NCBI GenBank assembly: GCA_963581225.1
Contig: CAUZMW010000003.1
Span: 1-44,194, forward strand
Direction of reading: 5' to 3'
DNA from: Gammaproteobacteria bacterium
GTDB taxonomy: Bacteria > Pseudomonadota > Gammaproteobacteria > Steroidobacterales > Rariloculaceae
DNA length: 44,194 nucleotides
Shown here: positions 1 through 9,145 of the stretch, piece after piece
Position numbering within the stretch: the first letter of the stretch is position 1
Layout of the letters: each line of letters starts with the position of its first letter
Position numbers and translations under genes: made by a program
Notes under the pieces: model-generated
Database searches by the model: none
What the model was told of the DNA's origin: nothing
What the model saw: only the letters and a program-made list of their open reading frames with translations

Positions 1-1
1 G

Positions 2-529
2 ACCCGGACGCCGTCGGGCCAACCGCCTTTGCTCATCGACATGGCGATCCCGGCCGACATTGACCCGGAGGCCTGCGCGCAGCTCGATATCGAGCGCATC
101 GGCATGGATCGCATCACCCTCGAAGCCAAGACCAACCGCGGGGCGCGCCTGATCGAAGCGGCGCAAGCGCGCGAACTCGTCGACGAGGCCTTGTTAAGAC
201 TGCGCGATCGTTTCGCCGAGCGTGTCTACGGCCCGCTATTCGGCGCGCTGCAACAACGTTACCGGCATACGGCCCAGGAAGGCGTACAGCGACTGCTGAA
301 GAAGGAACTGAAAGGACTCGGCGTCGAAGAACGCGAAGCGATCGAGACCTGGACCGAAGTGCTGGCGCGGCGGTTCGCGCACATCCCCTGTCTCGGCCTG
401 CGCGGACTCCTCTATAACGGCCCCGACGGTTCACTGGACGCGTTCCTCGACGGCCTCGATCCCGAGTTCGCCGACGAATTGCGCCAGGCACTCGAACAGG
501 CATCGACACCAAAGCGGGCGGCGGGCTGA
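2..529 (+). CDS. hemA: Glutamyl-tRNA reductase, C-terminal part (5' end outside window)
   Basis: Frame open from the window edge; IDMAIPADIDP resembles the HemA IDLAVPRDID motif, followed by a helical dimerisation-like region; stop overlaps the hemC start. Confidence 0.8.
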   Translation, partial: TRTPSGQPPLLIDMAIPADIDPEACAQLDIERIGMDRITLEAKTNRGARLIEAAQARELVDEALLRLRDRFAERVYGPLFGALQQRYRHTAQEGVQRLLKKELKGLGVEEREAIETWTEVLARRFAHIPCLGLRGLLYNGPDGSLDAFLDGLDPEFADELRQALEQASTPKRAAG

Positions 530-1449
530 TGAAGATACGAATCGGCACGCGCGGCTCGCATCTAGCGCGCACCCAGGCTACAACCATAGCGACCGAACTC
601 GCCGAACTCGGCCACGAGACGGAGCTCGTCATCATCAGCACGGCCGGCGACCTGTCCGACGCGCCGAGTTTCGGCGCGATCGGCCCAACCGGCGTCTTCG
701 TACGCGAGATCGAACAGGCGTTACTCGACGATGCCGTCGACGTGGCCGTCCATTCGTTCAAGGACCTGCCGACCGAATCGCCTCCCGAACTCGTCATCGC
801 GGCGATACCGCAGCGCCACGACGAGGCGGACACGCTCATCATGACGCACGAAGCGAAGGCGGAGAAGCCCGGAAGCGTACCGATAAAAGACGGCGCGCGC
901 GTCGGCACCTCCTCCGCGCGGCGCCAGGCCTGGCTCAAACATCTTCGTCCCGATCTTCAGATCGAGCCACTACGCGGTAACGTACCGACGCGCATCGGCC
1001 GCCTGAACGACGACTTCGACGGCATCATACTTGCCGCTGCGGGGGTCACCCGGCTGCAGAAATCGGCGCTCGACGATCGTCCCGATCTCGATCTCGACGA
1101 GCGTATCCTCTGGCGACTCGACCCCAAGACGTTCGTACCCGCACCCGCGCAAGGTGCACTGGCGCTGCAGTGCCGCGCGGCGGACACGGAGGTTACCAGC
1201 GCGCTCACTATCCTGGGCCATGGCCCGACGCAACTTCATGTCGCCATTGAGCGCGCGTTGCTGATCCGCGTCGAAGGCAGTTGCGATCTCGCCTTCGGCG
1301 CCTATTGCGGGGAATCGAGTCGCGGCGACGGCACACTCGAACTCGTCGCCATGCTGGAGCACGATGACAGACTCATCGTCGCCAAGACTCACGGCAAGGA
1401 CCCCCACGCGCTCGTCGATATGGCCTGGGAAACACTGCAAGACCCATGA
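529..1449 (+). CDS. hemC: Hydroxymethylbilane synthase (porphobilinogen deaminase)
   Basis: IRIGTRGSHLA, AVHSFKDLP, GTSSARR, LRGNVPTR, PAPAQGAL and cofactor Cys in EGSC. Confidence 0.97.
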   Translation: MKIRIGTRGSHLARTQATTIATELAELGHETELVIISTAGDLSDAPSFGAIGPTGVFVREIEQALLDDAVDVAVHSFKDLPTESPPELVIAAIPQRHDEADTLIMTHEAKAEKPGSVPIKDGARVGTSSARRQAWLKHLRPDLQIEPLRGNVPTRIGRLNDDFDGIILAAAGVTRLQKSALDDRPDLDLDERILWRLDPKTFVPAPAQGALALQCRAADTEVTSALTILGHGPTQLHVAIERALLIRVEGSCDLAFGAYCGESSRGDGTLELVAMLEHDDRLIVAKTHGKDPHALVDMAWETLQDP

Positions 1450-2180
1450 ACGAGCTATCCGGACAGAGTGTGCTTCTCACGCGCAGCGAGGATGACTGCG
1501 CGGACTGGGCGCAGGAACTCGAAGCGATGGGCGCTACGGCTGTGATACTGCCGTGTATACGTAGCGAGCAGATCGACACCGCCGAACTTCGCGAGCGAAT
1601 CTCGGCCAGCTTGCCGCGTACCGACTGGCTCGTATTCACATCGAAGCGCGGCGTCGCAGCCTTCGTCGCGTTACATGGCGAGCCACTGCCCGATATCATC
1701 GGTATTGCCGTCATCGGACCGACGACCGCCGACGCGGCCGTCATCGCGTTCGGCCGCGCGGACCTCGTCAGCGAGGTGGGCACGGCCGAATCGTTGGCGC
1801 AGGCACTCGAGACGCACCTCACCGAACCCAACGCGCAGATCTTGATTGCCGTGGCGGAGAATGCAGGTTACACAATCGAGGATACGCTGCGTGCGGCCGG
1901 TGCGTACTGCACGCGGCTCGAGGTCTATCGAACCGTGGCGGCCGACGAGCTGACGCCGAAACAGGCGCTTTCGACATTCGATGCGGATAATGTATTTCTC
2001 GCGAGCCCTTCGGCGGTAACGGGTTTTACGAATCAGGTCGAATTGGACACACCGGCCGCGATCTTTACGATCGGACCGGCCACGAGCGAAGCGGCGCTGG
2101 ACGCCGGCCTCGAGGTGACGGGACAGGCGAGAAGCTCGGGGATCGAAGGATTGATGGAGGCGATGAGATGCGCGATATAG
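1446..2180 (+). CDS. hemD: Uroporphyrinogen-III synthase
   Basis: VLLTRS, WLVFTSKRGV, IGPTTA, VYRT, ASPSAV, IGPATS motifs; ATGA overlap with hemC. Confidence 0.9.
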   Translation: MNELSGQSVLLTRSEDDCADWAQELEAMGATAVILPCIRSEQIDTAELRERISASLPRTDWLVFTSKRGVAAFVALHGEPLPDIIGIAVIGPTTADAAVIAFGRADLVSEVGTAESLAQALETHLTEPNAQILIAVAENAGYTIEDTLRAAGAYCTRLEVYRTVAADELTPKQALSTFDADNVFLASPSAVTGFTNQVELDTPAAIFTIGPATSEAALDAGLEVTGQARSSGIEGLMEAMRCAI

Positions 2181-3172
2181 ATGTCACTACGCCGGGACGC
2201 ACGCGGCCGCGGCGCCTGCGCCAGACCCAGGCGATGCGCGACCTCGTCGCCGAGACGCACATCGCGCCGTCGCAGTTTATCGTGCCGCGTTTCGTGCTGC
2301 CTGCCGAGAAGGCCGAGGATCCGATCCCGTCGCTGCCCGGGCTCGCGCAACTGGGGCTCGATAATCTCGTCGCCGAAGTCGGCGTGGATCTCAAGCTCGG
2401 CATCCGTGCCGTGCTGTTATTCGGTCATCCCAAGGACGACGCGACCAAGACGCCGGATGGGCAACTCGCCTGGGATACGAACGGCGCGGTGCAACGAGCC
2501 GTCGCGCGGCTGAAAACCGCGTACGGCGACGACCTCATCGTCATGACCGATGTGTGCCTGTGCGCTTACACCGATCACGGCCATTGCGGGCTCGTCGAGG
2601 GCGAGCGCGTCGTCAACGATGCCTCGTTGGAGCCGATTGTCAGGACGGCGCTCAGCCATGCCGAAGCCGGCGCCGATGTCGTCGCGCCCTCGGACATGAT
2701 GGACGGCCGCATCGCAGCCATCCGCGACGGGCTCGACGATCAGGGTCACGAGAATGTCGCGTTGCTTGCCTACGCCGTGAAGTATGCGTCCGCCTACTAC
2801 GGGCCGTTCCGCGACGCGGCGGACTCGTCGCCACAGCACGGCGACCGGCAGAGTTATCAGATGGATGGGCGTAACATGCTCGAAGCGTTGCGCGAGGCCG
2901 ACCTCGATGAGGCCGAAGGCGCGGACATGCTCATGGTCAAACCGGCGCTCGCTTATCTCGATGTCATCCAGGCGGTACGCGGCACCACGACGCTACCGCT
3001 CTCGGCCTACAACGTCTCGGGCGAATATGCCGCCGTCAAAGCCGCGGCCGAGAGGGGCTGGCTCGACGAGGCGCGGGTCGTGCGCGAGAACCTGTACGCC
3101 ATCCGACGTGCCGGCGCGGACCAGATCATTACCTACCACGCACGCGACGCGCTGCAGGGACGCTGGCTGTGA
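2168..3172 (+). CDS. hemB: Porphobilinogen synthase (ALA dehydratase), Zn-type
   Basis: RPRRLR, DVCLCAYTDHGHCG, APSDMMDGR, YYGPFRDA, MVKP, AYNVSGEY. Confidence 0.98.
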   Translation: MRDIDVTTPGRTRPRRLRQTQAMRDLVAETHIAPSQFIVPRFVLPAEKAEDPIPSLPGLAQLGLDNLVAEVGVDLKLGIRAVLLFGHPKDDATKTPDGQLAWDTNGAVQRAVARLKTAYGDDLIVMTDVCLCAYTDHGHCGLVEGERVVNDASLEPIVRTALSHAEAGADVVAPSDMMDGRIAAIRDGLDDQGHENVALLAYAVKYASAYYGPFRDAADSSPQHGDRQSYQMDGRNMLEALREADLDEAEGADMLMVKPALAYLDVIQAVRGTTTLPLSAYNVSGEYAAVKAAAERGWLDEARVVRENLYAIRRAGADQIITYHARDALQGRWL

Positions 3173-4485
3173 CCGACGGTTCCGCGGACTGGTTCGCCAA
3201 AGCGCAACAATTCTTGCCGGGCGGCGTGAGTTCGCCCGTGCGCGCGTTCGGCGCCGTCGGCGGCACACCGCCCGTGATCCGTTCGGCAAGTGGCGCCGAG
3301 ATCACCGACGAAGACGGCCGCACCTATCTCGACTTCGTCGGCTCCTGGGGCCCGCTCATCTTAGGCCACGCCCACCCCGAGATCGTCGAGGCTGTCAGCG
3401 AGGCAGCGAAACGCGGCATGTCTTTCGGCGCGCCGTGCCGCGCCGAGATCGAACTCGCTGAGACGGTCGTCCATTCCTACCCCGGTATCGAACAGGTGCG
3501 CTTCGTGTCTTCCGGTACCGAGGCGGTCATGAGCGCCGTGCGCCTGGCCCGCGGCGCAACCGGCCGCGACCTCATCGTCAAGTTTTCGGGCTGTTACCAC
3601 GGTCATATGGATGCGCTGCTGGTAGCCGCGGGTTCCGGACTCGCGACCTTCGGCCGGCCATCGTCCGAAGGCGTTCCCGAGAACTTCACCAACTTAACGC
3701 GGGTGCTCGAGCTCGACGATGACGAAGCACTGGTCGATCTATTCCGTACCGAAGGGGCACGTATCGCGGCGGTCATCATCGAGCCCGTCCCCGCAAACAA
3801 CGGCCTGCTGTTACAGCGCCCCGATTTTCTGGCTCTGCTGCGCGCACAGTGCAGCGAACACGGCGCGCTGTTGATATTCGATGAAGTGATTTCCGGGTTT
3901 CGACTCGGCGCGGGCGGCGCGGCCGAATACTACGGCGTCACGCCCGACATCGCGACGTTCGGCAAAGTCATCGGCGGCGGCATGCCGGTCGGCGCATTCG
4001 CGTCCACGGCCGACGTCATGCGGCATCTCGCGCCCCTGGGCGGCGTCTATCAAGCCGGCACGTTGTCGGGTAACCCCGTCGCCATGGCCGCGGGCTTGGC
4101 GACATTGAAGATTCTTGAAGAGACCGACGGCTGGCAACAACTCGAGGCGCGCGGCCAGTATCTCGAGATCCTGTTGAATCCCGTGCTCGAGGCGGCGCCC
4201 ATCGAGGCGACGCTGAGCCGCGTGGGCTCGATATTCTGGATCACCTGGCACGCCGCCACGCCGCCACGCAGCGCCGGGGCAATCGACGTCGCAGCCGGCG
4301 AGACCTATGCCGGTATTTTCCACGCGTTGCTGGCGCGCGGTGTCGCGCTGGCGCCGTCGGCCTATGAAGTCGGATTTATCTCCCTGGCCCATAGTCGCGA
4401 GGACATCGACCAACTCGCCGCTACACTCGGGCACGTACTCAACGACATCCGCCCCGAGACTTCAGGAGAAGCTCATGATTCTTAG
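3169..4485 (+). CDS. hemL: Glutamate-1-semialdehyde 2,1-aminomutase
   Basis: PGGVSSPVRAF, SGTEAVM, GCYHGH, FDEVISGFR, FGKVIGGGMPVG, QAGTLSGNP. Confidence 0.98.
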   Translation: MTDGSADWFAKAQQFLPGGVSSPVRAFGAVGGTPPVIRSASGAEITDEDGRTYLDFVGSWGPLILGHAHPEIVEAVSEAAKRGMSFGAPCRAEIELAETVVHSYPGIEQVRFVSSGTEAVMSAVRLARGATGRDLIVKFSGCYHGHMDALLVAAGSGLATFGRPSSEGVPENFTNLTRVLELDDDEALVDLFRTEGARIAAVIIEPVPANNGLLLQRPDFLALLRAQCSEHGALLIFDEVISGFRLGAGGAAEYYGVTPDIATFGKVIGGGMPVGAFASTADVMRHLAPLGGVYQAGTLSGNPVAMAAGLATLKILEETDGWQQLEARGQYLEILLNPVLEAAPIEATLSRVGSIFWITWHAATPPRSAGAIDVAAGETYAGIFHALLARGVALAPSAYEVGFISLAHSREDIDQLAATLGHVLNDIRPETSGEAHDS

Positions 4486-5560
4486 GCGTGATCCTATCAA
4501 GGCGTTGCAGATCGGCTTCCTCGCCCTTCTGCTAATCTCCATTGCGCAGGTTGCGTGGTGGATCTCGGATTACTTGGACTACACCAGCAGTGTGCACGAT
4601 CAACTCGCATCGCTTTACGAGTCCGATGCGCAGGTCGTGACCGCGTTCTACGCGAACGACACCGATGCCTGGGAAGCTCTGCTGCCGCATCTCGATATTT
4701 TTCCCGAGTTGGGCACGGCGAGCGTCAACGACGAAATCGCTGCCGTGCTCGATAGCGAGACTTCGTCGCGTATCAATCGGCTTGCGTGGGAAGGCGGATT
4801 TTTCTTGCTCGTGTTGCTCGGCGGCCTCACGATCCTGACACGCACGATCCGGCACGATGCGGACTTACGCGCGCGGCAACAAAATTTTCTCGCGGCCGTA
4901 TCGCACGAATTCAAGAGTCCACTGGCGAGCATGCGCCTGTCTGCCGAGACACTGCTGCTAAGGGTCAGTGATCCCGATACGCAACGCCTCGGCAACCGCA
5001 TACTCGACGATGGCGAGCGCCTGCTGCGCATGGTCGACAACCTGCTCGACACCACGCGTCTCGAGGAAGGCCGAATGGAGCTCGCGCCTGAATCCTTACA
5101 GTTCAAGTCTCTGGCTGAGGCAGGCGCCGAGGACCTCGCGGACCGGGCGCGGCACAACGATATCGAGATCCACGTCGACATTGCCGAGGACTTACGCGTC
5201 ATCGCGGATCGCACAACGCTCGAGACCATATTGCGCAACCTGCTCGACAACGCGGTCAAGGCCTGTATCGCGGGGCACGGCCATTCTATTCGGCTGGAAG
5301 CCCGGGAAACCGATGCGCGCATCGAATTCTCGGTCACGGACGACGGCCTCGGCTTTCCCCCCGAAGACGCGGCCATGATCTTCGAGAAATTCTACCGGCT
5401 TGGCGACGAACTGCGCCGCTCCACGCCGGGCTCCGGTCTCGGTCTCTACATCGTCCGGCGGCTCGTCGAGCTTTCCAACGCGAAAATAGTGGCCGAGAGC
5501 GCCGGACCCGGTCAGGGCGCGAAGCTCACCGTGACCTGGCCCGGAACGAGGGCGGCATGA
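4475..5560 (+). CDS. Membrane sensor histidine kinase (two TM segments, HisKA + HATPase)
   Basis: ATG at 4475 preceded by AGGAG; two hydrophobic segments; H-box SHEFKSPL, N-box NLLDNAVK, G-boxes DDGLG and GSGLGL. Confidence 0.93.
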   Translation: MILRRDPIKALQIGFLALLLISIAQVAWWISDYLDYTSSVHDQLASLYESDAQVVTAFYANDTDAWEALLPHLDIFPELGTASVNDEIAAVLDSETSSRINRLAWEGGFFLLVLLGGLTILTRTIRHDADLRARQQNFLAAVSHEFKSPLASMRLSAETLLLRVSDPDTQRLGNRILDDGERLLRMVDNLLDTTRLEEGRMELAPESLQFKSLAEAGAEDLADRARHNDIEIHVDIAEDLRVIADRTTLETILRNLLDNAVKACIAGHGHSIRLEARETDARIEFSVTDDGLGFPPEDAAMIFEKFYRLGDELRRSTPGSGLGLYIVRRLVELSNAKIVAESAGPGQGAKLTVTWPGTRAA

Positions 5561-6273
5561 GCCGGCCGCGCGCGCGCATACTCGTTGTCGATGACGAGGA
5601 GCATCTCGCGGATGGCATCTGCGAGAATCTCCAGTCCGAGGGTTATCTCACCGATGTCGCACACGACGGCGAGCAGGGTCTTGCGAAGGTCCGCGCGGGC
5701 TCATTCGACCTGATCCTGCTCGATGTCATGATGCCGAAGCTCGATGGTCTCAAGGTCTGCGAGGAAATCCGCGCGACCGGCCTGCAAACGCCGGTCATGT
5801 TTCTAACCGTCAAAGGCGATCCCTCCGATCGCATCCGCGGACTTGAGGTCGGCGGCGATGACTATCTCGCCAAGCCCTTCCATCTGAAGGAGCTGTTGCT
5901 TCGGGTCACCGCCATCTTGAGACGCAGCAACTGGTACAACCAGAGCACGCCCAGTTTGAGTTTCGGCGGCAACGAGATCGACTTCCAGACCTATCACGCA
6001 CGCGCCTGGGACGGCAGCGAACACGCATTGACGCATAAAGAAGCCATGATCATGAAAGTACTGGCCGAGCAGCTCGGCGTGATTGTGCCGCGCGAGGACA
6101 TCCTCGATAAAGTCTGGGGTTACGAGGTGTACCCGTCGACGCGCACGATCGACAACTTCATCGTGCGTTTACGCCGCCGCTTCGAACGTAACCCAGAAGC
6201 ACCCGAATACTTCCACACGGTGCGCGGCGTCGGCTACCGTTTTACGCAGGAACCGGAGACACCTACCGAATGA
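5557..6273 (+). CDS. OmpR/PhoB-family response regulator
   Basis: ILVVDDE, LLDVMMP, DDYLAKPF receiver motifs; winged-helix tail RTIDNFI...TVRGVGYRF; ATGA overlap with the kinase. Confidence 0.96.
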   Translation: MSRPRARILVVDDEEHLADGICENLQSEGYLTDVAHDGEQGLAKVRAGSFDLILLDVMMPKLDGLKVCEEIRATGLQTPVMFLTVKGDPSDRIRGLEVGGDDYLAKPFHLKELLLRVTAILRRSNWYNQSTPSLSFGGNEIDFQTYHARAWDGSEHALTHKEAMIMKVLAEQLGVIVPREDILDKVWGYEVYPSTRTIDNFIVRLRRRFERNPEAPEYFHTVRGVGYRFTQEPETPTE

Positions 6274-6283
6274 GTACCGCCAC

Positions 6284-7333
6284 GTGAGCAAGTTGTTGCT
6301 GAAGACAATCAAACGCGAGCCGACCGAGCGCCGGCCGTTATGGATCATGCGCCAGGCCGGCCGCTATCTGCCCGAGTATCGCGAGCTGCGGCAACGATAT
6401 TCGTTTAAGGAACTCTCCGCCGATGCGGACCTGGCGACGGAAGTCACGTTGCTGCCGATGCAGCGCTTCCCACTCGATGCGGCGATTATCTTTGCCGACA
6501 TCATGAGCCCGCTGCCCGCGTTGGGCATCGAGTTCGACTTCGATCCAGGCCCGGTCGTCGCCAACCCGATCCGCGATCAGGCCGGCGTCGATGCGCTGCA
6601 CGATACCGATCCCGAACAAATCGCGCCCGAGGTCATCACCGCACTGCGACAGGTTCGCGCCGAATTGCCCGACGAGACCGCGTTGCTGGGTTTTTGCGGC
6701 GCGCCGTGGACACTGGCTGCCTATCTCGTCGAAGGGCGTGGCGTGAAGGACTTTCCGACATTGCGTGCATTCGCGGCCGCGGAACCCGCCGCGCTCGACA
6801 GCCTGCTCGCGAAGCTTGCCGATCTGATGGTGCACTACCTGATCAACCAGGTGCGCGCCGGCGCCGATGCCGTGCAGATCTTCGACTCCTGGGCCGGCGT
6901 GTTATCGCTGGCCGACTGGGAACGGTTCATACGCCCGCATCTACACGCATTGCTCGAGGCCGCCGGTAACGCGGGCGTGCCGCGGATCCTGTTCCTGCAA
7001 AACGCGCCACACCTGGTAGACGCCTATGCGAGCCTGCCTGCCGAAGTCTTAGGATGCGACTGGCGCGTGGACCTGCCCACGCTGCAGAATCGTTACCAGG
7101 ACCGGCTCGCCGTACAAGGCAATATCGATCCGGCGATCCTGCTCGGCGGTGCCGAGCCGACGAGAGCGGCCGCAAAAGACCTCCTGGAAAACGTCAATGC
7201 CACCGGCCATATCGTCAATCTCGGCCACGGCATCCTGCCGAACACGCCACTCGAGAGCGTCGAGGCCCTGATCGAGGCCGTCCACAACGAACTGGAGCTG
7301 ACGCAACAGCGACCGACGCTGGCCGGAGGTTGA
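6284..7333 (+). CDS. hemE: Uroporphyrinogen decarboxylase
   Basis: WIMRQAGRYLPEY, GFCGAPWTLAAYLVEG, QIFDSW, QGNIDP, NLGHGI; probable GTG start at 6284, in frame with the 6083 ORF. Confidence 0.97.
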   Translation: MSKLLLKTIKREPTERRPLWIMRQAGRYLPEYRELRQRYSFKELSADADLATEVTLLPMQRFPLDAAIIFADIMSPLPALGIEFDFDPGPVVANPIRDQAGVDALHDTDPEQIAPEVITALRQVRAELPDETALLGFCGAPWTLAAYLVEGRGVKDFPTLRAFAAAEPAALDSLLAKLADLMVHYLINQVRAGADAVQIFDSWAGVLSLADWERFIRPHLHALLEAAGNAGVPRILFLQNAPHLVDAYASLPAEVLGCDWRVDLPTLQNRYQDRLAVQGNIDPAILLGGAEPTRAAAKDLLENVNATGHIVNLGHGILPNTPLESVEALIEAVHNELELTQQRPTLAGG

Positions 7334-7334
7334 A

Positions 7335-8051
7335 ATGAGCGAAGCGCAAACCGAATCACTGGATCTCAGCGAGAAAGGGCTCAAGGACGGCCAACCCACC
7401 TCGCTCGACCGGCGCCTGTTCATGAAGTTCACGGCGTTCACCGGCTGCACCGATGCGACCGCCGCCGGAGCGGCGCTGGCCGCCGTCGGCGTCGAAGGCG
7501 CGATGTATCTCGACGCGAACGATCCGCAAGGCATCGGCTTGGTCGCGATGAACGAGGATCCCGACTACTTCGTTACAACGCTGCGGAAGGTGTTCAACGC
7601 GCCACCGTTCGCGACGCTGACGCACAAGCCCGAATTCGACATGCTCGGCCGAACGTACTCGATCGGCTACGAGCCCGACCTCGAGGATTCGCTCTTTATC
7701 AAGCCGCGCAGCAAGACACTGAACCCGGCGAATGCCTGGGCCGTGTGGTATCCGTTGCAACGTGCCAAATCGTTTCAGACCCTGCCCGACGCGAAGCAGC
7801 GGCAGATCCTCGGCGAGCACGGCACGCTCGCGAAACGCTTCGGCTTCGCCGGGCTCGCGGCCGATGTGCGGCTGGCATGCCACGGTCTCGACAAGAACGA
7901 TAACGACTTCATCATCGGGTTGTTGGGACCGAATCTGTTTCCGCTCTCGGCCGTTGTCCAGCAGATGCGCAAGACAGAACAGACTTCCCAGTACCTCGAC
8001 AGCCTCGGGCCGTTCTTCGTCGGCAAAGTCGCCTGGCAGACCCCAGCGTAA
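7335..8051 (+). CDS. chdC: Chlorite dismutase-like family protein, probable coproheme decarboxylase (ChdC/HemQ)
   Basis: WYPLQR resembles the ChdC Y-P-M/F-x-K/R catalytic-Tyr motif; GEHG proximal His; C-terminal GPFFVG; lies between hemE and the ferrochelatase. Confidence 0.72.
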   Translation: MSEAQTESLDLSEKGLKDGQPTSLDRRLFMKFTAFTGCTDATAAGAALAAVGVEGAMYLDANDPQGIGLVAMNEDPDYFVTTLRKVFNAPPFATLTHKPEFDMLGRTYSIGYEPDLEDSLFIKPRSKTLNPANAWAVWYPLQRAKSFQTLPDAKQRQILGEHGTLAKRFGFAGLAADVRLACHGLDKNDNDFIIGLLGPNLFPLSAVVQQMRKTEQTSQYLDSLGPFFVGKVAWQTPA

Positions 8052-8059
8052 AAGGAACG

Positions 8060-9145
8060 ATGGCGAACACGCGCGACGCGAACGTCGATCACGAGGGCCA
8101 CGACTACGACGCCATACTCGTCGTGTCGTTCGGCGGCCCCGAGGGTCCCGACGACGTCGTGCCATTTCTCGACAACGTGCTACGTGGATTGAAGATCCCG
8201 CTAGCGGCCAAAGAGCGCATCGCGAAACGTTACGAGCACTTCGGCGGCGTCAGTCCGATCAACGCCGAGACGCGCGCGTTCATCGCGGCGCTCGAGAGCG
8301 AGTTACGCGCGCACGGCATCGACCTGCCCGTGTACTGGGGCAACCGCAACTGGCACCCGCTGCTGGCAGACACGCTCGAGAGAATGCAGGCAGACGGGAT
8401 CAAGCGAGCACTGGCGCACGTGACCAGCACGTTCGCCTCCTATAGCGGTTGCCGCAAGTACCGCGAGGATCTGTACGAGGCGACCGCGGCACTCGAGCAG
8501 CCGCTAGTCATCGACAAGCTGCGGCTCGGGTTTAACCATCCGGGGTTCCTCGCCGCGACCATGGGCCGTACACACCAGGCATTCGAAACAATACCCGCTG
8601 CGCGACGAGCCGAGACCCCACTATTGTTCACGGCTCACAGCCTGCCCAAGTCGATGGCTGAACATGCCCCCTACGAGGCGCAACTACACGAAGCCTGCGG
8701 GCTCGTCGCCGCGGCGCTCGAGCACGATGAATGGGCGCTCGCCTACCAGAGCAACAATGCAGCATATGGGGAGCCGTGGCTGGAGACTGATATCTGTGAG
8801 AAATTGCGGGACCTCGGCAGGCTCGGCGTGCAGGATGTTGTGGTGATGCCGATCGGCTTTGTCTGCGATCACATAGAGATCGTGCTCGATCTCGACATCG
8901 AGGCGCAAGCCGTCGCTGATGAAGCCGGCGTAAATATGGTCCGTGCGGCGACGGTCGGTGCGCATCCCACCTACGTCGGCATGGTCCGCGAGCTCATTGA
9001 AGAGCGCATGAGTTCGAATTCGGAACGGCTGAGCTTCGGCAGGCTCGGCCCAAGCCATGATTTCTGTCCCGCGGACTGCTGTCTATCGGGCCGACCCGGC
9101 GATCCGAAACCGGCGCTGTGTGGCGTCCCGGGAACCGAAGCTTGA
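8060..9145 (+). CDS. hemH: Ferrochelatase, actinobacterial-like (probable coproporphyrin ferrochelatase CpfC) with putative [2Fe-2S] cysteines
   Basis: SFGGPEG, YEHFGGVSPIN, VYWGNRNWHP, FTAHSLP, PIGFVCDHIE; YSGCRKY plus C-terminal CPADCC. Confidence 0.93.
   Translation: MANTRDANVDHEGHDYDAILVVSFGGPEGPDDVVPFLDNVLRGLKIPLAAKERIAKRYEHFGGVSPINAETRAFIAALESELRAHGIDLPVYWGNRNWHPLLADTLERMQADGIKRALAHVTSTFASYSGCRKYREDLYEATAALEQPLVIDKLRLGFNHPGFLAATMGRTHQAFETIPAARRAETPLLFTAHSLPKSMAEHAPYEAQLHEACGLVAAALEHDEWALAYQSNNAAYGEPWLETDICEKLRDLGRLGVQDVVVMPIGFVCDHIEIVLDLDIEAQAVADEAGVNMVRAATVGAHPTYVGMVRELIEERMSSNSERLSFGRLGPSHDFCPADCCLSGRPGDPKPALCGVPGTEA

Noticed and set aside
4307-4474. Longer N-termini from the ORF track (kinase from 4307; also hemE from 6083, GT4 from 19736, czcC from 39319)
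   Set aside because: They overlap upstream genes or precede better starts that have an SD, coupling or a family-typical N-terminus.
7335-8051. Chlorite dismutase / perchlorate respiration
   Set aside because: No signal peptide, no pcr/clr genes, a ChdC-type YP motif and a heme-operon context.
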